Part shown: positions 51,541-64,000 of the stretch, in pieces
Layout of the letters: each line of letters opens with the position of its first letter
How positions within the stretch are numbered: position 1 is the first letter of the stretch
Source of the DNA: Octopus sinensis
Lineage: Eukaryota
DNA length: 64,000 nucleotides
Reading direction: 5' to 3'
Assembly (NCBI RefSeq): GCF_006345805.1
Contig: NC_043012.1
Coordinates: forward strand, 27,218,001 to 27,282,000
Program-made: the position numbers and the translations under genes
Notes under the pieces: model-generated
Database searches by the model: none
What the model was told of the DNA's origin: nothing
Seen by the model: only the letters and a program-made list of their open reading frames with translations

Positions 51541-51602
51541 ATATATATATATATACATACATATATGTATGTGTATATATATATATGAGTGTATATATAC
51601 AT

Positions 51603-53576
51603 CAGTGGCGTGCGGTGACTTCCGTGCTGGGCATGCAATGAATTTCTTCCACCCCCACCCCCGGGCAATTTTTCAGTAAAAAAAATTTTCGAATTCCTGC
51701 GATTTACATATGGGAGATTCTGAATATGCAATCAACCCCGTATGACCTAGAATAAAAAAAAAACGTTGCCCTGGTACTATTTAAGAAGAGTGGTCCCGTT
51801 GCGCGCGCTCGCGCATCCGCGCTGGCTAGTCGATCCTACGACTATCTAGCAAAGTAAATAAATTTTTTAAACAAAATATATAAAACACAAAAACACAAAG
51901 TAAATAATGTTTTAAACAAAATAAATAAAACACAAAGTAAGGATCGACTAGTCACGACTAGCTGGTGTGGATGCACCGGGACCACTCTTCTTAAATAGTA
52001 CCCATGATTTTTAAATTGTTTGCAATACTCATCAAATTTGTTGAAATTCGAAAGTTCCATGAATTTAAACTCTTCTAAGGATGAATATCGTGCTGTAATT
52101 TGGTCAACTATTGTACTGATAATTTTGTTATAAAGCATTTTATAATGTCGTTGGGGCTCAATAGATATATTCTTGGATCTCTGAATTCTGATTCCTACAT
52201 CGACTCCATATTTTTCCCCCGGGTTCAGTTCCACTGCGTGACACCTTGGGCAAGGGTCTTCTACTATAGTCTCGGGCCGACCAAAGCCTTGTGAGTGGAT
52301 TTGGTAGACGGAAACTGAAAGAAGCCCGTGGTATATATGTATATATATGAGTGTGTGTTTGTGCGTCTGTGTTTGTCCCCCTAGCATTGCTTGGCAACCG
52401 ATGCTGGTGTGTTTATGTCCCCGTTACTTAGCGGTTCGGCATAATAGACCGTTAGAATAAGTCCCGGGGTCGAGTTGCTCGATTAAAGGCGGTGCTCGAG
52501 CATGGCCGCAGTCAAATGACTGAAACAAGTAAAAGAGATTGAAAAATTATCAAGTTTGTTTTCGAGTACAGTTCTAGTTTTATCTATTTGATCTTTACAA
52601 TACACTATGTCATGACTTTTACTCTGGAGGATGTTAAATATGAAAAAAGAAAAAATCTCACTGAATACTTCTAACAAAAATAAGAAATCAGGACTTTTAA
52701 AGTTTGTAAGAATCCAATTGCTGAATTTATGGTGGTATCATCCCATGCTTCAGGATTTTCAATGATGTGCTCAAAAAGGCTGATTATGAAATGATAATTT
52801 TCCTTTGTGGTAATAATAAGCCGTGAGGCTGTTTCCTTCGGAAATCTTTTTTTTAACAATGTTATCTAATGCATTAGCCCTTTTCGGTGTTGGTCTCCCA
52901 CCGATATAATTAATTATTTTCCATCGAATTCTCCTTTCGAAAAACTATTTCTCAAAATATCGTTTATAACACACATTTCACTCATTTCGTAAAAGGCTGT
53001 TCTTATATACGGAACACACGTGGAAGCGCCAGCGTAAATTGTAAGTCAATTTCAACAAAACAGAAAGATACAGAAAGTGGGTATCAGCTCATAGCATGAC
53101 ATGCCACTGAGAGAAAGAGGAAGGGGGTACAAAATATTATGAACGACCTTTCCTCCTAGCATCTGTTTTATCAATTCACTAAGAGAGAGAGAGGAAGGAG
53201 GGACAAACTAAGAGACAGAGAGGGAGGTCATGCGGGTCTTCCCACAGCATAGCCACTAAGAGAAAGAGGAAGGGGGTAAAAATATTTCAAATGCCCTATC
53301 CCCTTAGCATGTCTTTTAAACAAGTCGCTAAGAGTGAGAGAGAGAGGAAGGAAGGACAAACTGAGACAGAGAGGGAGTGTCTGACATGCTGGTCTTGTTA
53401 ATGCATGACTTCTAAAAGCAGAAGTAGAGTCACTGAGAGAGAAGGGGAGAAAAATACAACTGGACGGATTTTCTTTGAAACAAAGTAACTATTTTATTTA
53501 ATTTTCCGATCATATGGATAAAAAAATCACAGGGCATGCAACGCATACCTTGCATACCTGAGAGTGCACGCCCCTG
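51603..53576 (-). mobile_element. hAT transposon deletion derivative
   Basis: TIRs cagtggcgtgc / gcacgcccctg; 8-bp TSD ATATACAT (51595-51602, 53577-53584); transposase-like remnants at 52483-52859. Confidence 0.88.
52205..52535 (+). mobile_element. Young SINE (second family) nested in the hAT element
   Basis: gggttcagttccactgcgtgacaccttgggcaag ... aaatgactgaaacaagtaaaagag. Confidence 0.85.
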
Positions 53577-53590
53577 ATATACATATATAC

Positions 53591-53621
<31 letters not shown>

Positions 53622-53788
53622 CATGTGCACATACATAAAGTCTACTATGTTAGCCAGCTTAAACTTTGAAGTCACAGTCAATATTATTATTGTCAAAAAA
53701 CAAATTCATACTCTACCACATGTATTGGGTAATCCTTAATTTTAATGTAAAATTGTTTTTATTATACCATAAAAACAAACATTAATAT

Positions 53789-53834
<46 letters not shown>

Positions 53835-54774
53835 CATACACACACAGAGAAATGATGATGGCTGTCCACTTGTAACTGAGGAAGACCATGACTAACTACT
53901 GCCCAAGCACGAGGTTATTACAGATACAGACATCAGGTGCAGTCTTCTGCCTGTCAAACCATCCAATCCATGCCAGCATGGAAGGCGGACATTAAATGAT
54001 GATGATGATATATATATTCAATTATGATTAAAGGATAAAATAGTTTAAAATTTCATCAGTGGCCAGCATATAAAATAGACCTATTTAGGTAAATTCATAT
54101 ATAGAGATTTATAATAGTATAAAATACAATTATAATTAAAGGTACAGAGGGGACTATGCCTATACACTGAAAATAGATGCTAAATTGTCCAACCACTCCA
54201 AATTATCACCTTATAATACACACATGTTGAAAGCGAAGATGTAGACTGACAGAAATTCATAAAATAATTCAGATAGTTTTGGATTGATCAATGCCCAAGG
54301 TGCAATGCAGTGGGACTGAACCTCGAACTATGTGGTTGAAAGGCAATCTTCTTATCACACAGTCATGCCTGTACCTATATGTATATTAATTACTGGTAGG
54401 GACATCGTATTTGGCTTTCCCCACCCTAATACACTACCAAGCATATTAAAGGTTTATAAGTCAATACTGTTCTACTTTTGTGTTAGTAATGTGATTCAAT
54501 GACTTTTAAGTTATCTTCTAGATAACTTTTAGATCCAAACTTGAAAGTTACAATGTTTTGTATACAAATATATCCATGTAAACAATGCAACTGAAGATAG
54601 AAAAATAGATAATGGATGTATATAACTCCTATTCATCATAGTCCTCCAGGCAATAACAGAGTAATTCAAGATAAGCTGCCCCTGGGAGCTCCTCTATGCT
54701 GATGACCTTGCTTTAATAGTTATTGCTCCTTCTTCAGCACCACATCCAACCCAGTAACTATCCAGCAATCATCA

Positions 54775-57150
54775 TCATCCTCCTCCTCCACATCATCGTT
54801 TAATGTATGTTTTCCATGCTGGCATGGGTTGGACAGTTTGACTGAGGACTGGCAAGCCAGGAGGCTGCGCAAGGCTCCAATCTGATCTGGCATTAATTAT
54901 ACAGCTGGATGCCCTTCCAAATGCCAAACACTCTGAGAATGTAGTGGGTACTTTTTACATGCCACCGGCATGGGAGCCAGTCAGGTAGCACTGGCATTGA
55001 CCATGTTCAGATGGCGTTTTTTACATGTCGCTGGCACAGGAGCCAGTCAAGCAGCACTGGCATTGACCCATGCTTGAATGGTGCTTATCATAGGTGTCAG
55101 TCAGGTGGCATTGGCCACAACTACAATTTCCAATTTAATTTTCGACTTTACTTGACTCAATAGGTCTTCTCAAACACAGCATATCGCCTAACGATTCAAG
55201 GGTACTTTTAAATGGGCTGTTTATGCAACACTGGTATCAGCTATGGCTGTGATCTCACTTTACTTGCCAGGGCCTCTCAAGCACAGTATATCTCTAAAGG
55301 TCTCAATCTCTTGTCATTGCCTCTGTGAGGCCCAATGTTTGAAGGTTGTGCATCACCACCTCATTCCATGTCTTCCTGGGTCTACCTCTTCCACAGGTTC
55401 CTTCCACTGTTAGGGTGTGGCACTTCTTCAGACAGCTCTCCTCTTCCATACGCAGCACATGACCATAACAGTGCAGTCATCTCTCTTGCACATCACATCT
55501 GATGTTTCTTATGTCTTATGAGGGCGTTTACACTCTGCTGTGTATGCACACTAACATTATACAATCAGTGATTCATACTAGCTTCACTTCTTTCAAGCCT
55601 ACATATGTCCTCAACAGACATGGCCCATGGTATCACTGCCATGTAGCATGCCTGTTCACACATATGCGTCAGTCTACCTTTCACTCTGAGCGAGAGGCCC
55701 CTTGTTACCAGCAGAGGTAGAGTTTTCTGAACTTTGCCCAGGCTATTCTTATTCTAGTGGCTATGCTCCCAGAGCATCTACTCCCACTACAGACTTGGTC
55801 ACCTAGGTAGCAGAAGCTATCAACTACTTGTAGTTCCCTACCCCCTGGCATATGATGGAATCTGTTTTCTGTACATCTTTGGTATTTATTGCCCCTGTGC
55901 ATCTACCACACACAAAAACTATCTTCCCGGTTAACCTTCCTTTGATATTGCTGCACCTCTTATGCAACCATAGTTTACACCGGGTACAACTTACGGAGTT
56001 TCTACTTACCCCTTTGTACAGATCAAGCAGGGCCATCTACCTGAAGAAGTTTGTAATTTGTCTGCCTTCCTACTTACTAGGGTTTTGGTTTTTGTTAGAT
56101 TGACTCTAAGGCCCTTTGATTCTAGACCTTGCTTTCACACTTGAAACTTCATCTCTAGTTCTGGTAGTTACTCAACTATTAGAGCAAGGTCATCAGCATA
56201 GAGGAGCTCCCAAGGGCAGCCAGTCTTGAATTTCTCTGTTATTGCCTGGAGGACTATGATGAATAAGAGGAGGCTGAGGACTGATTGTTGATGAACCCCT
56301 GGAATTTTTCACTATACTCATTGCCAGCCCTCACCTTACTGACAGCATCTTTGTACAGAGCTTGTACAGCTCTTACCAACCACTTGACTATCCCTGGTTT
56401 CACTTGACCACCAGGTAAGGGATTGGGGGACCCTGTCAAAGGCTTTCTCCAAGTCAACAAAAGCCAAGTACAAAGGTTTATCTTTGGCTAGATATTTCTC
56501 CTGCAGTTGCCTTACCAGAACTATATCATCAGTGGTGTGTCTACCTGGTACAATACCAAACTGCATCTCATATAGGCTAATTCTCTCCCTAATTAATTGG
56601 GCTATGAACATCTCCATGACCATCACCTGATTCAGCAAGTAGTTATTTCTATCTAAAGAATCACCCTTTACCTTTGTAACAGTTGACTACAGTGCTGCTA
56701 TACTAGTCATTGGGGTATGACTCCTTTGTGAACTAACTGATTTACAATACAGATATTTTAAGCATCTCAGCAGTGATTTCTGATGGGCTGGGGGCTTTCC
56801 CTGTCTTTGTATCCTTAATTGCTTTATCTACCAGGGTACTGTTGATTCGGGTAGCTGGTCCCTCAGTTGGGTCAACATTTGGCAGACGCTCCTCCTCCTA
56901 TTCATTCTCCATATTCAGCAGTCTTTCATAATGGCATTTCCGAGCCTTTGTCTTTGCAGAATCATTAAATGCAAGGGCACCATCATCCATGTGGACACAT
57001 TTGTCTATGACATCATGAGTTTCTCTCACACACAGTCTTGGAATCCAAAATACTTCAGTTCTTTGGTCCTTACGTCGCTGAACATTGGCAAACTTCTTCT
57101 TTTCTGTTTAGATGCATTAGGCTGGCCATGTAGTGCATATGGAAGATAAG
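54775..57150 (-). mobile_element. Degenerate RTE LINE
   Basis: ORF pieces 56336-56638 (RQLQEKYLAKDKPLYLAFVDLEKAFDRVP), 55824-56036, 55705-55902; (cat)n tail. Confidence 0.9.
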
Positions 57151-57864
57151 ATACCAAAGCATCTGTTCTGTAGTGAGCTGTGCACTGGTATGCATCTTCA
57201 GCACAAACCTCAAAAATGACTACATTCATATACATAAATACAGCCATACATAAGTGTGTGTGTGTGTGCATGTAACTGTGTGTGTTACTGTGTCATTGTT
57301 TTGATGTCATATGATGGCTGCAAATGAATAATACTGTCATACAATTGATGTCTTTTGTTTTAAATCTTTGGTGAAAAGATGTCTGACAGTATGGAAATAT
57401 TCCAAATGAAGTTGGTGACAGGAAGGGCATCCAACATGAGAAAGTCATTTTCAACAAATTCAGTAAGTATGGACAAGTGGACATTAAAACGATGATTATA
57501 TGTGTGTGTGGACACATGATGATTACAAGTAGATTTCAATTAATGCAATCACTTGAGTTGTTTTAAACATAACAAGCACAAATGTGGCTTTTCAGTCCTG
57601 CTAGGGATTTACATATGTAGAAATTATGAGTGCCTTTTTAGTGGGTGCTTTGATGAAGATTCTTATGACATTCCAGTCATGTGTCTCTTGACACATTCTT
57701 TTTCATATTCCCTGCAAATAGAGATACCATATGATGCATATGCAAATATGCAAATTCACTGCATGTCTAACTTCTCTGAGGTCATAAACTACCTACTTCG
57801 TTTCTCTAAATGCATCACTGGTTTTCTTGATTCAGAGGGCGATTTCTTTTATATATATATCTTA

Positions 57865-58070
57865 TTTCTTTACAGCCCACAAGGGGCTATACAAAGCGGA
57901 TTAAATTGATTATATCAACCCTAGTGCGTAACTGGTACTTATTTAATCAATCCCAAAAGGATGACAGGCAAAGTTGACTTTGGCAGAATTTGAACTCAGA
58001 ACATAGCGGCAGACAAAATACCACTAAGCATTTCGCCCGATGTGCTAACGTTTTTGCCAACTCACCGCCT
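57865..58070 (-). mobile_element. Nin-like SINE copy
   Basis: Same family as 5439-5668. Confidence 0.85.
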
Positions 58071-58337
58071 TAAATATATAGCTCACTATAGAACAGATGC
58101 TTTGGTATCTTATCTTCTATATGCACTACATGGCCAGATATATATATATATAGGCCCTTTCTCATCTTGTATGAGAAATACCAAATGTCTTCATTTACTA
58201 CCTGGCTGATGAGTAATTCAGACACTCCCATGTACCTGGCGATGGACCTGATTGATGGGTAAATTGTCACCATTTTATATTTTTCTTTTTGTGCATGTGC
58301 ATTGTTTGTTTTTGATTTTGTCAACTACACAGTATAG

Positions 58338-59361
58338 CAGGGTCAGTTGGGCACCACGTGCGAGAAAAACAGTACCATGACACAATTCACTCTGCCAGAA
58401 ATTTGCAAATGACCATGCTGTACTGCTTGGCATTCATGCTGGAAGCTCCAATATGAACATTTCAGAGTGTTTGGGTGTCAATCTGAGGACAGTGCAGAGG
58501 ATTCGAAAAGAGTTGGATGAGTCTGATGGTGATTACAAGGTATGGCAGCTCAGAAAACTCACTCTGATCATTCTGATAAGAAAAGAACTTCTGAATTTGT
58601 TGGTGAGATCCAGGCCATGACTGACAATGATCCCTCCAAGTCAATCAGGTCCATTGCTAGGGTCATGGGAGAGTCTGAATTACTCATCAGGCAGGTAGTG
58701 TTTGAAGACATTTGGTATTCCTCATACAAGATGAGAAAGGGCCAATTTTTATCCAAAGCCATCAAGGACAAGAGGAAAGATCACACTACAAAGCTTTTGA
58801 ACAAAACCAAGTGTCCCCTCCAACAGAACATGCTTTGGTTTTTCTCAGACGAGAAAAATTTCTGCCTCAGACTCAACACGGAGGCTTACATCAAGTGCCT
58901 GGAGGAGGTAGTGCTACCCTGGGTTAAGATGGTGGCTGCTGGAAGACCCTATGTCAGGCAAACACATGCAGGAGAATCCAGTCATGGATACCAGACAATT
59001 TCTGTGACCACATCACCCCTAACATAAGGCCACCTAACTCCCCAGACTGTAACCCCCTGATTATTATGCATGGGGCACAGTTGAACAAGAGACCAAGAAA
59101 AACCTTTGTAACACTAAAGATGAACTGAAGGCAAGGATTATGGCTGAATTCGCCAACTTAAACAAGGAGACTGTTCAGAACAGTTGCAGGAGATTCTGAA
59201 GTCGTCTAGAGGCCAAGGTTGAAGCCATTGGCAATTTTATTGAATACTCTTTAATAACTCATGATATTTTAACATAATTTTGATAAATAATTCTGTAAAA
59301 ATGAGATATCAGTGTTAGTTTCATTTTTGCATAATTTAGACAACAATGCATTTACTGCACC
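58338..59361 (+). mobile_element. maT/DD37D-like Tc1-mariner remnant
   Basis: PSKSIRSIAR, WFFSDEKNF, PPNSPDCNPLDYYAWG; degenerate termini cagggt(g)cagt. Confidence 0.75.
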
Positions 59362-59401
59362 CTGTATATATATATATTTATAGGAGAATATATATATATA
59401 C

Positions 59402-59448
<47 letters not shown>

Positions 59449-59494
59449 GGAGAGTATATTTTTAATTAAAAAAGGACTTTATATATATATATAT

Positions 59495-60640
59495 ATTGGG
59501 TCATCTCTTTAATAATGCAGTTATTTTATACTTTTATTTTTCAAAATTAAGATAAAGTCCTTTTTTTTTATTTAAAATATACTCGCCTTCATTTTCTACA
59601 ATGCTCTTCCATCTATCCAGTAGACTTGCAAGGCCCCTCTTCCACAATTCACTTGTCCGTGATGTGATGAAAAATACTCCTTCCGTACTATTCTGTCTCA
59701 TCTACAGAATTCATATTTTTTCCATCTAAACGATTTTGAAGACTGAGGAATAAATGATAATCAGATGGGGCAATGTCTGGCAAATATGGAGGGTTGGGGC
59801 ATTGTTTCCCATTCAAACTTTTCCAGCCTTTGGAATGTCATCCTTGCTGTATGTGGCCAAGCATTATCCTGATGGAAGAACACTTTTCGTCTTGAAACCA
59901 AAGATGGTCATTTTTCCTTCTACCACTGATTTAAACCACTCAAGCTGCTCACAGTAGATCTTTCTTATCATTTGGTTTGGGTTTAAAAGTTCGAAGTGGA
60001 CTAAACCTTTCAAATCCCACCAAACAGATAACAACACCATACGTGGGGGAAGACCTTCTTTAGCCTGGGGTGCCGGTCTTTCTCCTTTCCCTACTCACAG
60101 TCTTTGGTGCTTGATATCTTTATAGAGAACCCATTTCTCGTCACCAGTCACTATTCGGTCCAAAAAAAGTTCATTCATGAGACATGACTGCAAAGAAGAG
60201 CACATATTCACTCTCTGTGTGCAATTAGACTTGGAAAGTTTGTGACAAACCTATTGACCCAATTTTCTAACTTTTACAATAGCATGCAGCTATTGATGAA
60301 TGGTTGAACGATCAGATCCAAGCTTCTTTGCTAGTTCCTCAATGGTTACGATGGGATTTTGTTCCACCAGAGTTTGCAGCATGTCCTCGTTGAGTTCGAC
60401 AGATCTTCCAGGACAAGGCTCGTCTTCTAGGCTGTAGTTTACAACTTGAAATTTCTAGAAGCACAACTGGCTTACACTTATTGTCCAATCTTCATTTACT
60501 GCATTAGTATTCCTCACACTTTCTGTTGCTTTTATTGAACTCATAAAGCAAAATATGCCTTTGTCACTTCCATTATAGCTTTGAAAAAATAACTGTTAAA
60601 ATAGAACTGTACTCTTCAAAACTTGCACTAAGAATAAGTA
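59495..60640 (-). mobile_element. Degenerate mariner element
   Basis: TIR-like ttgggtcatctcttta next to (TA)n; minus-strand transposase remnants; colinear with 12690-12968. Confidence 0.7.
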
Positions 60641-60742
60641 CAAGGTAAAATTATACCTGCTTTTATAGCAAGTTGATGCAGGCAGTTTATTCCATCCCCC
60701 CTCAACTGCAATTGAAAAAACTGCATTATTTATGGGATGACT

Positions 60743-61466
60743 CATCATCATCATCATCATCGTTTAACGTCCGCTTTCCATGCTAGCATGGGTTGGACGG
60801 TTCAACTGGGGTCTGGCAAGCCCGAAGGCTGCACCAGGCCAGTCAGATCTGGCAGTGTTTCTACAGCTGGATGCCCTTCCTAACGCCAACCACTCCGAGA
60901 GTGTAGTGGGTGATTTTATGTGCCACCGACACAGGTGCCAGACGAGGCTGGCAGACGGCCACGCTCGGATGGTGTTTTTTATGTGCCACCGACACAGGTG
61001 CCAGACGAGGCTGGCTGACGGCCATGCTCGGATGGTGTTTTCTTATGTGTCACCGACACAGGTGCCAGACGAGGCTGGCGGACGGCCACACTCAGATGGT
61101 GTTTGTTACGTGCCCTCAGCACGGAGGCCAGTCGTTGCGGTACTGGCTACGGTCACGTTCGGATGGTTTTCTTATGTGCCACCGGCACTGGTACCACAAG
61201 GATACAAATTCCATTGATGTTCATCTATTTTGATTTGGTTCGATTTGATTTGATTTGATTCGATTCGATTCTCACTTGCCTCAACAGGTCTTCACAAGTG
61301 TCACAAGAAGGAAGGTATGCACAGGTGGACTGACTACGTCCCAGGTAGGGGCCACGGATTATGGCTTCACTAGTCTTGCCGGGTCTTCTCACGCACAGCA
61401 TACTTCCATAGGTCTCGGTCTCTAGTCATTTCCATGGTGAGACCTAACGTCCGAAGGTCGTGCTTA
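60743..61466 (-). mobile_element. Young RTE 3' end (last codons and 3' UTR)
   Basis: Reverse-complement match to 50095-50783; (cat)n tail. Confidence 0.92.
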
Positions 61467-61763
61467 TATATATATAAAGGTAGAGAGACAAGGAAAGAGA
61501 GATACAACTACATATATACATACAAATGTATATATAGAAATGCACACACACACTATATATTATTTGGAGGCACAATGCTAGATAGTTAGAAGGAAAATAA
61601 CTACTTTGCTTGATATTTGTTATTTTGGCACAATTCTTGGGTTTTGTGGAGTCAGATGGCATCAACTGAAAAAAAAACAATGCTGGCATTTGGACTTAGA
61701 TCATCAGATGCTTACTTTTAATACTATGGTATTTGCTACAAATAATAATATTGAAAACTTTAC

Positions 61764-61831
61764 CTATTTCTTGTGGTAATGTACTTAGATTGTTTTCACC
61801 TGCACCTAGGTATGTCAGATCAGTGAGAGAG
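61764..61831 (-). CDS. SHOC2: SHOC2 internal LRR exon (SLTDLTYLGAGENNLSTLPQEI-G)
   Basis: Long pyrimidine tract + AG acceptor; GTAAAG donor; phase 1 joins 36230 to give [11 protein letters not shown], colinear with SHOC2 EEIG-TLENLEE. Confidence 0.9.
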
Positions 61832-62079
61832 CTATATAAAAAAAAGAAGAAAATTATGAAGTTTATTAAAATACAATTCAACTAGTGAACATATACATAG
61901 TTGACACAAAACAGGACATTGCTGAAATAAACTAAAAAAACTCTCATATACACACACATACTTCACAGAAAAGACAGATTGAAGGTAACTGGCTAAAAAA
62001 GAAACATCAATGTTGCCTGATGGCTATAAAATAGAATTATTGCAAGGACACTGATAAACAAACTACATTGATATAACTA

Positions 62080-62128
<49 letters not shown>

Positions 62129-62199
62129 AGAGTGAGTGAATGTGTGTATGTATTCTTTCTCTCTTGTTAATTTTGAGCAGCCACTTGCTTGGCAACAAG

Positions 62200-63070
62200 G
62201 TTCTGAAGGCAACAATCCTGTTGCCTTTATCCTTAAAATCTTAAGGCCTGTAGATTTTTATTGTCCCTGATATTATGATCATTTGTAGCATAAGAATTAA
62301 GGAGTCACAATCTCTCTCAAAGACCCCAAATTCAGCCAAAATCCGCTCCAGGTAAACTGGTATGTATACTGTTGTTCCAATAACAAGTATGAAACAAAAA
62401 TCTATCTTGGGTACTGGATTTGCAAACTCCTCATTAATGGTCTTTAGATGTTTTCTTTCTATGGTATTTTTCAGGTCACAACTGATTTTCAAAACAAAAC
62501 AAATTTTCTCTTGTGGTCTCACAGAACAATATCTGGCTGATTGTGTTTTGACTCAGTGGTTGTTTTTTCTTAAAGGTCCATCAATATTCTTTTGGCCCAT
62601 TGGTTTCAAGTCAACTTTGTCAGCTGGTATTTTCTTTATACTTATTCTATTTCAGACTGCTTTGGACACTGCATCATGGGAAGATAGTATCTAAAAGCCT
62701 TCTCTTGCAGTTGGAGAAATGTGGTTGATGTCTTCAGATTTAGATTCACAGAGCATACAATTCTTGCCCATCAATGTTGTGTCTTTTATGCTGGAAATAA
62801 ATGGTGAAGATCTCTTGTTCTTGAAATGCATGAAGGTGACATTCAAGGTAGGATGCCATAAACTTGCTGGTATTCCATGATAAGCTTTTGATATGATTTA
62901 CTCTCTCTACAGCAGCATCTTTCAAGCCAAATACTCTTATGTTGTCAAAAATGCTGACAGTTTTATTAATGACAGAAAATGGCACATCAACGCGATGAGA
63001 GAAACCAATGATAAATGCTAGCAATCTCGTAAATAAATGTACATTCACAGAAGTGAAGGACTTGAAGAAT
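62200..63070 (-). mobile_element. RLE-type LINE remnant (CCHC finger region)
   Basis: CMLCESKSEDINHI...HDAVSKAV; resembles the type seen at 42580-42930. Confidence 0.55.
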
Positions 63071-63325
63071 CAGATACAGTTGTACCATTTTGAGTGACAA
63101 TATTGTCCACATACTGTGTGTGTGTACAAATACATACATACATACATACATATATATATACATATATATATTTATATATATCTATATCTATCTATCTATC
63201 TATCTATATACACACACACACATATATATATATATATACATACACACATACATACATATACATAAATATAGGCATATATACATATACACACACACACACA
63301 CACATATATATAGTAGTAGTTCCTT

Positions 63326-64000
63326 CCCTCCTGGTACCTCTAAACTTCTCTTCATTCTTGATATCAAGAGTCTATACACAGTGATCCCACACAACAAAGG
63401 ACTTCTTGCACTTCCTAGACCTTCAACCCAACCCCCAGCCTAACACCTCCACACTTCTTTGTCTGGCTGAACTTGTTCTCTCCCTCAACTGCTTCTTGTT
63501 CGAGGGAGATTTTTACCAACAGGTCTAGAGAGTGGCCATGGGAATGAGAATGGGCTCTAACTATGCAAACCTGTTTGCTAGCTACATTGAGGCCCAAATA
63601 TTCTCATAATTCACTGCTCCCACTCCAAAACTATACAGTTGTTATATTGATGACTGTATCAGTGCGACCTCACTCTTCCGTGAACAACTAGACTCCTTCC
63701 ACTCTTTTGTCTAATCCTTCCATCCTGCCCTCGAATTATCCTGCACTATTTCCAACACTTCCATCACATTTCTCGACATTTCAGTCAACATACACCACTG
63801 CGCTCTCACTACCTCCATCCACTACAAACACACTGACTCACACTAATACCTTAACTTCTCCTCCCACCCTACCCACACCAAGCTTTCCATCCCCTACTCC
63901 CAATTCCTCCATCTGCACAGGCTCTGCAGTGACAACCATGACTGAGACTCAGTCTCAACTCATGGCTCGCCACTTCATCCTTCGTCGATATCCCCTCACC
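63326..64000 (+). mobile_element. Penelope-like reverse-transcriptase remnant, runs off the window
   Basis: LDIKSLYTVIPH, AMGMRMGSNYANLF, YIDDC, ITFLDI, YKHTDSH.YL. Confidence 0.85.

Noticed and set aside
60918-61180. Regularly spaced repeats resembling a CRISPR array
   Set aside because: Eukaryotic context, no unique spacers, and the repeats are internal to an RTE 3' UTR.

Overview
Repeat-dense eukaryotic genomic DNA. The SINE and LINE repertoire and the (TA)n tracts look like an octopus (coleoid cephalopod) genome; this assignment is from recalled repeat sequences, not a search. Host genes, both on the minus strand: (1) the last three coding exons of SHOC2/Sur-8 (61764-61831, 36061-36230, 35898-35936), with a 25.5-kb intron and a probable long AT-rich 3' UTR; (2) a candidate first coding exon (11371-11457) of an unrecognised gene in a CpG-richer zone. 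The rest is mostly decayed transposons: RTE LINEs, RLE-type LINE fragments, Penelope-like fragments, tRNA-derived SINEs, mariner/maT, hAT, Chapaev3-like, a Helitron and one Ty3/gypsy LTR element. Best leads: (a) the gypsy element has no TGG-type primer-binding site but carries, flush against its 5' LTR, a perfect 12-nt complement of the 5' END of tRNA-Phe, suggesting priming by a tRNA 5' fragment; (b) four type I hammerhead ribozyme folds, one in sense orientation in the SHOC2 intron and one enclosed by a 141-bp inverted repeat with a second hammerhead about 260 nt downstream. All alignments and folds were done by eye; boundaries of degenerate repeats are approximate.
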